DNA of 64,000 bases, from assembly GCA_011109175.1 (NCBI GenBank), contig RDEW01000012.1, positions 1,277,220 through 1,341,219 of the forward strand. The letters run 5' to 3'. The notes beneath the pieces are model-generated. The model saw only the letters and a program-made list of their open reading frames with translations, was not told the DNA's origin and did no database searches. Positions 24,290-36,029 of this stretch are shown here, piece after piece. The DNA comes from Dicyema japonicum (Eukaryota; Animalia; Dicyemida). The position numbers and the translations under genes were made by a program. Numbering within the stretch: the first letter of the stretch is position 1; every line of letters begins with the position of its first letter.

Positions 24290-25140
24290 TTTACTAAGGA
24301 GACGCCAAATGCCTGGCCGGCATTCAAAGGGATCCAATTATTCATTCCACCGGGAGACAATTTCGTTACTGGCGACGAGTTGTGGAATCGACCTCAGCTC
24401 CCCAGACAAGTCCTCTGAATCACTGTTCTTTGGTGATGGTTCTTATGGAATGCGTCAGAATCAAGAAATAGTTCATTTGATTTACTTTGTTCTTTATTTA
24501 TTTTATTTATTAACCCCGGATACATCGAGAAAGAAGATAAAGTAAACAACTAATTAAGTGTATCCAGTTTCCACTTCCACAGAAACAGAGTCCATCCCGA
24601 ATCAACATAAAGTGTAAAAGACGTCCATACTTGCAGTTGTGGAAACCCCTCCAGTGGAGTGGGGGAGAGCAAATTATACTTTTTCGTGCCGGCCTGGCAC
24701 TGGGCGCCACCTAAACAGGTGGATCACATGACGCCACTCTAATAGGAAAAGAGTGGAGGAACAGACGATCAAACAGAAACTTCAACCAACTAGCCACTAA
24801 GCACCACATGGCCACCTCAGATCACGTTTACTACCAAACGAAGTGCCCCAAGGTTCGCCTTTGTCCCCTACTCTATTCAACCTTTTCCTTTACGACCTGC
24901 CAGCAGACATTGCCATGTGCTGGCAGCCAATAAGGAGAGACTAATTTACCCCGTGATAAAGTCGTCCGTGGACTATGTGGAGTAGTCCAACTAAGTGAGC
25001 GTATCCTAATGCGAATGCACGACACCCTGATAGCTGGGTCAAGTGTGTCTGCTAGGAAGCACGACATAATAACGACCGAGAAAACACGGGCAACCCACCT
25101 AGGCACCATCAGACCTTTTTTGTCTGCTAAGTGTGATGTT
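24290..25140 (-). mobile_element. Jockey/I-like LINE relic with 3' tail, related to 57600-58720
   Basis: Tail TTTATTAACCCCGG..ACA.CGAGAAAGAA..AAAC.A.AATTAAGTG (plus strand) matches ~57615-57672; RT remnants present. Confidence 0.5.
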
Positions 25141-25189
25141 TATGATAATGGACTAGTAAATGTGAAGGCGTTGTCGAATTACAATATAA

Positions 25190-25890
25190 TAATTTGATGG
25201 AAAAGATCAACTTAAAGAGCTTTCATAAGGTCCTCTTCAGAGCATTGGACAACCCACATGTCGACCTTAAGTCGTCGAAAAAATGGGTAAAATACGGTGA
25301 CAACTCACCTCGATCGAAGGCGATGTACAACGTATATGCAAGACCCAATCTTTCGGAGTCGATCAACAAATACATGTCCCCATTGTAAGTCAAGGAGCAT
25401 GTCGGTTGATCATTTAGCCACTCGGTGCGGATCCATGCTCTGCCACGACTATGTGTGGGGGCATAACGAGGTAGTAAGGAGTCTTCATCTTCTACTATGC
25501 AATAAGTATGGTATTCGTCACACCAGAAAGTTGCTAAGGTGCAATCTGTAGTAGAGAACACCAGGGTCCAAATTAAAGTAGACAGTGTTATTCGTACCTC
25601 GGTGCTAGTCAAGCACAAAAAACCGGACATTGTGGTACACGATAAGGAGTCTGGCCAAGTCCTTATCATAGAGGTTAAGATTACGTATCAAGACCGTTTG
25701 CAGACTGTTGAGGTAAGTATGAATTGCTTGCAAACAAGATGGAGCAGATGCTTGGTTGCAAAGTTCTTGTTATTCCAATAGTATTGACGTGGGAAGAAAT
25801 TACAACAAAATACCCAAGGGTCATCTGAAGCAGTTGGGGTAGATAGGAAGCTCCAGGCCTATCTACAGTGGAATCGTAGATTAATTTAAT
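25190..25890 (+). mobile_element. R4/Dong-like LINE C-terminus (CCHC knuckle + restriction-like endonuclease)
   Basis: CPHCKSRSMSVDHLATRCGSMLCHDYVWGHNEVVRSLHLLLCNKYG...KHKKPDIVVHDKESGQVLIIEVKITYQDRLQTVE; frameshifted. Confidence 0.85.
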
Positions 25891-26007
25891 CAATTAATTA
25901 AATGAAATTTATGTTGCTAATAGTTTTTCGATAAAATGATATTTTTTTGAATTAGATAAATTGTGAAATAAACAAATAAGGTTTACGAGGTCTCTCTGAA
26001 TTTGTAA

Positions 26008-26890
26008 GTCTATTATTTTATGTTTACCGTTATAAAAAATAATTATTAAAATTTAATATTATTTTTTATATTAATAACTGTTAAACAATTATACGGTAAA
26101 TTTTAATCTTAAATTTCTGAATACACAGTAAAAAAGACGTGCGGGAAGCGGTCTGGCTGACGCAACGAATTGGAATTGCAGTTGTCCGCGGAAACGCTTA
26201 CTCCATAATGTCAGCACCTGCTCTTCCCCATAGTTAATAAATAATATTTTATTGTTAAAAAAATTTCTGAATATAATAAAAAAATTTCAAATTGAATTTT
26301 CTCCTTGATACAATAATTTTAAACAATTAATACCATAAATTTCGATCATAAATTTCTGAATATAATAAAACTCTTCTCAAATTGAGTTTTCTCCTTGAAA
26401 TATTTTGAAAACTAAACATTTCAAATTAATATATCATATATCATTTAAATAAAAAAACAAAAAATTGAATTCATGAGAAAGCTGAGAATGAAAGGAACAA
26501 ACTGAATAACCTCACCTATTAGGTAAAGAGTTAGAGCGAAGGGTGCCTTCATTTGTACTGAGCCTTTACAAAAAAAGGATGTGCTGGCCTCGAGAACCTA
26601 ACCGGGATAGTTCTGGAATAATTACTTTCTGGAATTTACAAATAAGAATGTTAATCGCTTAACCTTAAGTTGCACCGATGCTCATCGCCAATGCTACAGG
26701 AGATCAATCGAGCAGCGCTGAGGATGAACCAAGTCCTTTTCCGAGCATCAGATAATGATAAAATTTACCAAATGCTGAATTCTGTTAGGGATTGTATGGA
26801 GTAACTCGCCTAAGCTAGCGCATCTTCCTTAAGATGCACAACACTTGGTGGCCTGCCTAATGTGTCAGTGTACAATAAGATATATCGAAA
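26008..26890 (-). repeat. Right arm of the ~880-bp inverted repeat
   Basis: Reverse complement of 19148-20029 with scattered substitutions and small indels. Confidence 0.92.
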
Positions 26891-26959
26891 TGCCCGGGTC
26901 ACCAACCTAGGTACTAAAGAGCTTTTTTGTCTGCCAAATATAATGACGATGAGATTGGG

Positions 26960-27640
26960 ATGAAAAGGTGTTGATCAAGTTACAGTAAGAAATCTTGATT
27001 CAAAAGATAACTATGAAAGACTTTCGATCAATCCTCTTCAAGGCGGTGGATAATGCGCATGATGTTGAGTCTTCATCAACGTGCTTAAAATACGGTAATA
27101 ATGCACCTCGGTATGATCCATTGTACCTACAATCAAGGTAAAGATCTGTTTTGGAGTGGATCGAAGATGTGTCATCATTGTAAATCAAGATGCACATCTG
27201 TCGTAATTTGCCTACTAAATGCGCGAGAACATTAGATAACATAATGAAGTTGTCAGATGCATAAGTACGAAATCAAAAATTCCAAAAAGTTACTGACAAA
27301 TGTTGAGAGTCTGTAGTAGAGAAAAACTGGGTTCTAATAAAGGTCGATAACAATATTCGAACATCTATTATTGTATTTTCGGACATCTATTCAATAAACC
27401 GGACAGTCTCAGGAGAGAATGTGATTATGGAAGTTGCCATTTAATCGCTATGTCGATAAAAAGTGTAATTGGGAAATTCTGACAAGCGAATTGTGCATAA
27501 TGCATAGATGAGAGGCCCTCATCATACCATGTGTAATGAGTGGAGATAATTGTCGCAAAAAACCACAAGAAATATTTAGACATTTAGAAGTTGATAGGTA
27601 TTTACGAGCCTATATGCAAACTACTGTCTTACAAGGACTT
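26960..27640 (+). mobile_element. More decayed R4/Dong-like C-terminal fragment
   Basis: Colinear homology to 25190-25890 (HNEVVRCI, ..IMEVAI remnants). Confidence 0.65.
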
Positions 27641-27734
27641 TAAAGAGTATATTCCTAGAAAACCGGAGGTCAAGTCCATCTATGCCATCATAGAATGGCA
27701 TTGGAAACATGAATACAAGGACTATCACGTCAAC

Positions 27735-27900
27735 TTGTGATTTATTTTCAGAAAGAGAAGGGATCAACGAGAAGCGATATGGCTGAGACAAAAGATTGAA
27801 ATGGCCATACTCCGAGGGAACTCGTTCTCTATCAACGCAGCCGGCTTCCTCAACTAACATTTGCTTGTTTTGTTAAATAATTGTCATTAAAAAAATTAAG
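27735..27900 (+). mobile_element. CRE-like LINE 3' tip
   Basis: RDQREAIWLRQKIEMAILRGNSFSINAAGFLN* plus an A-rich tail. Confidence 0.8.
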
Positions 27901-27906
27901 TAAATA

Positions 27907-29922
27907 TGTCGCGAGCGCTGAGCGTGATGAAAGTTGATTTGACAGGTGCCAACATCTGTCATGTTTATTGAAAATTAATCAATACTTAAGTTTCGGAATA
28001 ATTTGTGCATTTTTATAAAAAAATCATTATTTTTACTAATAGAGATTAATCTTAGGTAATAATAATATTATGTGTAAAAGTACTTTATAAAAGATTTACA
28101 AATTCTTAATTTATTTATAAGCAAAAAAAACAAAACATTAGTTAGCTACCGCCCTCACTGCGTGGCTGTACCCTCTCAGAATTGCGAGCGAAATTCGCTC
28201 AAACAGCCAGCGGCGTTCGCGGAGATCTCCAGTGCATGAGGTGATCCGGTTTCCAAAACGTCCGAAAAACTCTAGTGTAGAGGTGAGTAGGATCCGGAAT
28301 TTTCCATAGCAAGGGGAACAAAAATTTACACCAATTTTTGTTGGAATACCATAATTTTTGACAATAAAATCAAAAAACTAACACACTAATCACGTTGTTC
28401 TGATGCCTAACAAAGTTACCATAAAAAATACTGAAGAGTACAACATAATAAAATCCATCCTCGAAGGACACGAACTGAATATATCAGCTGATCGGAAGTA
28501 TAGACAAGAAAAGAAGGCTGAAAACTTCGTTTTAATATACGAAAAGCTCTATCTTTAAGATTCTTTATATAATCACAGACTTGTTATTGCTCAACCAACA
28601 CAGAGTGATGCGAATAATGCAGAAGAGATCCACGACGCTAACCATTGTGGACACAATGCAATGGAATAATTGTGTCGAAAACGATTCTGTTTTGTTAAAG
28701 AGATGTCATTCGTCAGGTGGTAAGAGACTGCGATATATGCTAGTCTAAAGTGCCACTGAAACAATATGACGACGTAAGTCATATTTTCGCGGATGTACCG
28801 AATAAGAGATTTCAGATTGATCTGATTGACCTAAAAAAGCTATAAAATTATGTTATTTCCAAGTTTTGTAAATGATAATGATAATTTTTCTGAGTTATTA
28901 ACTGTCATTGACGTCTATTCGAGATATACCATCACAAGAAATCTTAGAAATAAAATTGGCATTGAAGTCGCTGAAAAATTAAACGACATTTTCATGGATG
29001 GTAGATATTCACATGATAAAATAGAGTGGATAAAACACAATCGAAAGCTGTGTTTTGTACAATTAGAAGCTCATTCATCCACGTAAATTGATTTTTTATT
29101 TTCTAGGCCTTAGTCCATTCAAAGATATCTTAGTATTCCTGGATTCCACACAGTTGTGGAATCATGTTCAGGAAAATCCAAAAAGTTTTAATACTGAAGA
29201 ATTGGAAGTTGTAGAAAATCCCGACATTTATAATAAAGGTTTTTATTGTTATTTATTAGTAAATGATGAGTATTAGTTTAACTTTGTGAGGGTGTATTTG
29301 CAGTCTTCAAATTATAGAAGAATGAATAGGAAGATGGGAGTGCATCGATCAAAATTGAGTTAGATGTTGGAGATATTGTATTCGATTTTTAATTACTTAA
29401 GGGTTCGTATTCAAAAAGATTATAGGACGAATCCTTTTCTTAGATTAAAAAAATTTGAACATCCGTATGGGAATCCATAACTGTTGTCGAGAGATTGTCT
29501 AACAATTTTGTCAAAGTCGAAAATAGTGCTGGGTCTATAAGAAAGTTCATTCACGAGCACTAAAAAAATTCAAGACGACTTGAAATAATAGTTAATTATC
29601 ACTTGTTAATCGCTAATAATTGGCCTTAGTTAACTTTGATGTACAGTCGACACTCTCTATAGTAAACAAAAAATATTTTTTTAACGTTCACTATTCTTTA
29701 ATAGTGAACACCAAATTATTTACATGAATGATTTTATACATTTTTAAAAGTGGTATTCATTTTATAATTAATATATCATTACAATAACTAATTTTTGTTA
29801 TTGTGAAATGCATTAATATGGCATGTTCGCTATAGAGAGGGTTCATTATAGAGAGGGTTGACTGTAATAGATTATTTTTGACAATGATTAACAGTGATAA
29901 ATCACGCTCAGCGCTCGCGACA
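27907..29922 (+). mobile_element. Ginger2/TDD-like (KRBA2/SCAND3-type integrase) DNA transposon, decayed, with nested insertions
   Basis: Perfect 22-bp TIR TGTCGCGAGCGCTGAGCGTGAT / ATCACGCTCAGCGCTCGCGACA with TGT..ACA ends. Internal HHCC remnant (NHCG...CDIC) and RFQIDLIDL...LLTVIDVYSRY integrase core. No TSD seen. Confidence 0.75.
29644..29864. mobile_element. 221-bp Tc1/mariner (pogo/Tigger-type) MITE
   Basis: TA-CAGTCGACACTCTCTATAGT ... TATAGAGAGGGTTGACTG-TA: imperfect ~20-bp TIRs and a TA duplication. Confidence 0.8.
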
Positions 29923-30697
29923 TGATACTATTAATTAGTTAGCCTCTACCTCACAAGCTTGTAATGGTCCAACAAACCTTCAAAAATCAATGTAAAAAGA
30001 GTTCTTTTGTTGCGAATTATCCTTGTAAGAAGCGTTCTTTTGTTGCTGAGGTCCATTCCAGTACAATTAGGATTACGTCCCCTCTATTTTTTCTATCAAG
30101 TGGGTGAGGTTATTTAGTTTAATTCGTCTTTTTGTGAAAGTGAAGTCATTGCCTTCCAGAAAGTTAGTTAGCTCCCATCAAATTATCATGTAAAAGGCTA
30201 GATGTCATCATGTGAGCAACAACTAGTTTTGAACAATTCCAAAAGTCTCTGATAGTCAACTGAGGGCCTCAACGGAAGAAAGAATTATCGAGAGGTAGTC
30301 AGAAGGCAAACAGATGCCCGATTCGTCCATGAAGAAACAATGCCCCGACAGAGTTAAGCTAATCCTCTTTGTCTCTCTGCGACCGTGCGTTGTGAGACAT
30401 CCACCATCGGGGTAGGCTATCTACAGCTTGTTCCAATTCAGCCTTCTATATAGCCATTGTCGATATGTGGTCATGTATAATTGTTCTCCGATTTTCAGTG
30501 AAGCATTCAATTGAAGCTAGTGAAATAGATATCGTTAATAAGAAAGGTAGAAGGTGAGAGCATTTCTAGTGAAATTACCCAAACAGCCCAATAAAGTATA
30601 ACATCAATAAAAATAGTCATCTGATAATCTCCAAAAAAGCCAACTAATAGCCATCCATTATAAGAAACAACACAAAAATACTCATTAATAAAAATTA

Positions 30698-31547
30698 TCA
30701 ATTATTATTAAATAAGCTAAGAAGATGAAGGAATAAGTTGACAAAATCACAGTACAAATTCAATGTCGCCCACACATAGTCCTCAGGCGAAATCGTATAC
30801 TTCCTCTGTCCGTCCATCAACATTTGCGTATCAATCACAATATACTACATTCAGTCTCTACCAAACCCAACAGAACACCAGGGCTGACAGACAGGAGTAG
30901 ACCCTGTGGAGTACTGGCACATTAGAAAAGGAAGATAACAATCCGAATACAAACAAAACTAAAATGGCACAGAAGGCCGCACCAGCCGTTTTCGTAAAGT
31001 CGATCTAAAATCAGTCATAACTCACCTTCGTCTGAAAACTGAACAAAGTAAGCCCAATAGACACAACCGTAGTCACTCCCAGAGCCATAAGCACAGCTGG
31101 AATAGAATAGAAACTACAATAACCCCAATTTTACCAAGTTATGGCTCCCATGTAGTTAGAGAAGAAAAACGTCTAAATAAACACAGAAAAAACGAATAAG
31201 GACAAGAAAATATAGTTTTGGGGCACTTTCCGAGTATAAGACGAGAAACAGATGGTCACAAAAAACATCACAATTATCATGAAACTAAGTTTATGCTGGG
31301 GAATACATGTTTGTGATCATAAACCACTCGTGGGTTCGTATGTAGTCTCGGATTCTCATCTCTAATGGTTAGTTGGCTATTAATACGTGAATGTAAAAAG
31401 ACAAGTTATCCCGACTGAGTATAATAATTGAATTGATAGTAATGAGTACACTTTTCTAATAATCCTAATTTTAAAATGATTTGATTACCTCTCGTACTGA
31501 TTTGTCACTAAAATTGCAAACACGTCGTTCAAAGAGATGTAACTCAT
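30698..31547 (-). CDS. Lifeguard/TMBIM (Bax inhibitor-1 superfamily) membrane protein, ~230 aa, 7 micro-introns; several 1-2-nt indels in the 5' third
   Basis: FSDKSVRE(G)FIRKVYSLLSIQLL...RKVPQNYIFLSLF|TFFFSNYMGAITC|FYSIPAVLMALGVTTVVSIGLTLFSFQTK|IDFT...|YIVIDTQMLMDGQRKYTISPEDYVWATLNLYCDFVNLFLHLLSL*. Hallmark FIRKVY, FQTK.DFT and SPE.Y....L.LY.D..N.FL motifs. The 3' two-thirds is open after splicing. Confidence 0.9.
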
Positions 31548-32972
31548 TCAACTAAAAATCTCTAAAATTCAATAAATTTAAATATTTTAAATTTTATTTA
31601 AAAAAATAAATTATTAAAAACATAATATAAAAGAATATCTATGGACATCTTTTTGAGATTGCTCTCTCTCAAGCAATGTGAGTACTGAAATGTCTATGTT
31701 GATGTTATCGTACTCATCGATATACGTGAAAACTAGATTTTGCATGTCTGGGGATGCACGACGCTGTAGTTGCGCTCATACGATGGTGTGATAGTAAAGG
31801 GTATAAGATCATACCTGAGAAGTGCGGTTTGTTAGTTTTAGCTATTTTAAGGGATTTTTAATCTAATTCCTGGAATAGCATTCTATAGTTTCCTGTAGCG
31901 GTCACAAATGGATGAGCAACCTTAGGGTTACTTTCAGTCCCAAGTGAAGTTTCCTGGAATGCGCTGTCCTCGTTGAGATGAAGGTTGTGCAGTGTTTTTG
32001 AGCAGTGGATGGCTAAACAATAAAATTTAAAAATAAATTGATGACTTAATAAATCTCTGTAACATGAGTTCATGAGTAACTTATGTTCACATGTAGCTTA
32101 CTTATTTTTTATTTGCTGCCAAATGTAACTTGAAAAGTCTAAAAGGTCACGGTAATAAAAAGTTTTCAAAATATCAAGACTATCTTGATTGGTGGGATGT
32201 TTACGATCTGAAAATCAAAAAATCAAATTTAAACATCTTTGGTAGTTCATAAAATTCTGTGATTTAAATTTTTTGAGCAAGAAAATTTTAATTAACTAAA
32301 ATAATTAGTCAAATAGTGCTCACCGACAAAATCAAGGTGCGTTGCCTTTTACGATTCGAAGACAATATAGAATCAATTAGAGGCCCAATGGCAGCGACCC
32401 TGATTTTGTGACTATTCCCTCTTAGGATTGCGAGAAAGATTCGTTCAAATTACTTTCATTACTCCGATTCTTTAAACACGACATTGTCTTACATGTGAGC
32501 GCTTCCACGTATGTGGCTGAGCACTGGATTACGTTCATTGATGCATATTGCTTATCCTTAATATAATACTAAAATTGTTTTATTTATTGAGGTACTTGCA
32601 ATTTTAACAAATTTTAAGGCAATTCAGCGAGATATATAAAAATTGTAATCAAAAAGAGGCATCTCTGGATAAAACCGAGAAAAAAATTATTGGATAATCT
32701 TGAAAAAATGATTGATCACAATTGTCAGCGTTGTGGAGATTTAGTGTAATATAGCCGTTGTGATAGGCTCGAAAATTATTCAATACACTTCAATAAGATT
32801 ACGGTGTTTATCAGATTGACTATGTGGCTAAAACGTTGTTCTAATAATTTATCTGTAGACTACAAATAGACTTTCTTTGCTCTCACCAATGATGACCTCG
32901 CCACGACCCGGAGCAAGTTGAGCTTTTTCTGAAATTTTTAGAACATATACGAAACATGTTTCGAGAATAATA

Positions 32973-33302
32973 ATAATAAAAATAATAAAGCCTTTTCACG
33001 AGAGCCATAGTATTTATAGCTCCGCATAGGCAGGACACACTTTATTTAAGTAAAGAACAGTTAATTTTAACTAATCGTAGAACCAAGGACTTCTTTTTTT
33101 TCTTTTTCTTGTGTGAGTGTCCTTTCTAGACAATCCAGTTCCGCAGTGAGTATTCACTGATGACGGCGTCACTCGTCAAACCCTTTAAGTACGACACTGT
33201 GAATTCCCAGGCGGTCACCCAGCCAAGTACTAACACAGCCTATAACCGCTTAACTTCCGTGGTCGGCTGAGAACGGGTGCTTACGGCCAAGTATAATCGT
33301 AC
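32973..33302 (-). mobile_element. 5S rRNA-SINE chimeric retrocopy with TSD
   Basis: 5S (33302-33189) joined directly to the SINE body (AAAGGGTTTGACGAGTGACGCC...) and an (ATT)n tail. Flanked by CGAGAATAATA (32962-32972) and CGAGAATGATA (33303-33313). Confidence 0.85.
33189..33302 (-). rRNA. Full-length 5S rRNA sequence (as head of a retroposed chimera; may be non-functional)
   Basis: GTACGATTATAC...GGAAGTTAAGC...GTTAGTACTTGGCTGGGTGACCGCCTGGGAATTCACAGTGTCGTAC. Canonical eukaryotic 5S motifs, box A- and box C-like elements, and a terminal helix GTACGA/TCGTAC. Confidence 0.92.
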
Positions 33303-33564
33303 CGAGAATGATAAACAGAAAAAACGATAAACATAGAAAAAATGCAAAATTCTGACCTCAGAGTATTTACTGATTGTCTAAAAAGTACTCCAACTGATCA
33401 CATCAATTGCCTCCACACATACTCGTGGCAGAGCATAGATCCACATCGAGTGGCTTTTTTAGTGTAATATGCCGGTATCTACGAAAACACGGTCCCTGTC
33501 TCACAAAGTAATCTTACATTGAAAAAATAAATTGATGACTTAAAATTTAAAAATAAATTGATCA

Positions 33565-33720
33565 CTTCGTTAGAAGTCGACAGAAGTTTTGACGAGGATC
33601 TAAAGCTCGTGAACAAACATATGAGAAGTTGGGACGACCTGGACGAGCTGAGGAAACTGTCTTACGATCGAGGAGGTTGAAAGAGGTTGGTTCGGTGGAT
33701 TGTTTTGAATGCTATCGAGT
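33565..33720 (+). mobile_element. RTE-like C-terminal fragment (similar pieces ~59870-60040 - and 63225-63395 +)
   Basis: DEDLKLVNKHMRSWDDLDELRKLSYDRGG*KRLV. Confidence 0.6.
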
Positions 33721-35243
33721 GAAATTATAATTATTATGATTTTACGAATGTTGCTTATAATAATATAGATTGTGTAAAGCATTATTTTAAGTAATCCATT
33801 TTGTATTTTATTGATAATGAGAATCAGTTTGTAAGATCGTCTAAAAAGCAAGAAAAGTAAGTTACAACATTACTAATATAGAAAAACTTTATATTTAAAA
33901 ATCTTCTTGTCCAAAAGTTTCCTAATGATAGGGCGAAAATAGTTTTTGTATGTAACTTTAATGGGTAATTGTTAAGCTTATGTAAATTTTAAGAACTTAA
34001 TTATTTTAGGAGTCTGAACTCAAATAAAAAGTGAGGAATTCACTAGTAAACAAGATCATCAAAGTGTGTCGTATATAATTATCTTTATATGAATATTATG
34101 TTTCGAATAATAATAGTAGAATTTTTAGATATATTGTTCAAAAATAAGTGAATAATGCTGTTCCTCTGAATTGTACTAAATAGAAGATTAGTAGATTCTT
34201 CGTATGTAGCCTCTTCGTTTTGTATTTTATGAGGCGATAGCTATGTTTCCACTGTTTCCATTAATTCTGTTTAGTATTAGGAAGCAAGAACAAGTTTTTT
34301 ATCGATGCTATCTTCAATTCAGCCATATGACCGCGAATTTTGCATGAGGACTTCCAACGGTTCCAATTAGATATGAAATCGGAAGCTTCAAATCCGACAG
34401 CAATAACTCCGTTATTGCGGCTTGTCTTGAACTTTTTATATATCGGTTAAGACATCAAGACGATATTGTTATTGCTTCATATGATCCAGCAAAAACATAT
34501 TGACAAAATATCTTTTGTATGGACCAAAATCTAAAGTTAATCAATAATGGTTTAACTAGTAACCATCTTTAATTTAAAATGAAATCAACGTTGTTTCTAA
34601 ATAACGATGTAGTTCTTAGAATTAACCAGCCTAATATACTGGGAGTTATGTTTGATACTTCATTTCATTTCCAAATCATGTATATATGAGAAAAATCTCA
34701 GCAACTCAAATTTCACCAGGTCATTCCAAGTACATCATTTGGTCATAACAAAGAGAGCTTGAAAATTATCTACAAGAAATTTATCAGAACAAGGATGAAC
34801 TAAGTGTTCCTGCCTGGTATCCTGCTTATCAATAACAAACATAGAAAAATACAATAGATTCAAAACCCTACTATAGAATAATTAGATTCCTTGTTATTAA
34901 AATTTCTTGAATCAAATGTGTGAGAGCAAGTCTTCTTTTTTCTTGCCATTCAGACATTGGACGAAGACTACACTGTTGAATTACATGAAGCAACTACAGT
35001 AGAAATAGAGTGGAGAAACATACCAAAGAAATTCTGAATAAAATACGCATATGGCACAACAATAACGTTCGCTCCATGCGGCATTTACTAATACATAGGT
35101 ATAAAAAAGATAAATCTTTTTTAAGAAAACATAAAATTATACTATGGTAGTTAACATTAATTTAAAAATTATAATATTAATAATAAAAATAATTTAAGCT
35201 GAAATAAAATAAATCAATTAAAAAATAAAGTATGTTGTTTATC

Positions 35244-35787
35244 ATGCCATTTAAATCTAAAAAGAGTTCTAAAAAAGATGTTGAATTCGAGGTCGAGGAA
35301 ATAATCGATTTAAAAATTAGTAAAAACGGAGAGAAGAAATATCTTGTTAAATGGGAAGGTTACTCAAGGTAGTTAAGTGTTAAATATATTTATATAAGCA
35401 AAGAAAACACTTGGGAACCACTCTCTAATTTGAATTGCATTTGTCTAATTACTAAATTTGAAAATAAAAAGAATAGTTCACGATCTAAAACTAAAGACAA
35501 TTTTTCCTATCAAGTTACAAAATAATTATTTTTGTAGAAGTAGCACGAATGAACCCAATAATTATAAAAAGGATGATACTATACTTGATAAACGTAATAA
35601 AACTGATATTTCTTCAATTTTATCTTTTGATAAAAAATACGAAATGCTTTATTTTAAAATTAAATTGTAATTTTTTAATAAAATAAAAAGACGAAATTCG
35701 AGAAGTGCACAGAGATTTACGCTAGATTTCGTAAGAGAAAAATTGCCACAAGAATTAATTGATTATCTACTTTCTAAAGTTGATTGA
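35244..35787 (+). pseudogene. HP1/Swi6-like copy E (EGYS subfamily); +1 T in a hinge homopolymer and W>L in KWPQ
   Basis: Three GT-AG introns conserved. AATTTTTCC versus AATTTTCC in copy F. Preceded by the same jockey relic as the array unit. Confidence 0.85.
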
Positions 35788-36029
35788 ACTAATTAGATCG
35801 TTTATTATGATTGTTTATTAATTGGTTTTCTACTTTTTTATTTACTGCATAGTGGTTATTATAAAATCTTAACATTGGCAATCAATAATCAATTTTCTTT
35901 TCCAATTATCTTACATCAACTACAAAAATGCATGTGAAATACTCTAATTTGAACTGAATAAATTTGATTACTTATACATGCAAAGTTAAAAATTAAAAGT
36001 TTTTGGTTATGATACGAATAAATCTTATA

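Noticed and set aside
30507-30701. Hydrophobic 64-aa ORF directly after the TMBIM stop, suggestive of a mitochondrial insertion or read-through
   Set aside because: TTG start, no recognisable motif, and TMBIM already ends at its family-typical C-terminus. Unresolved without a search.
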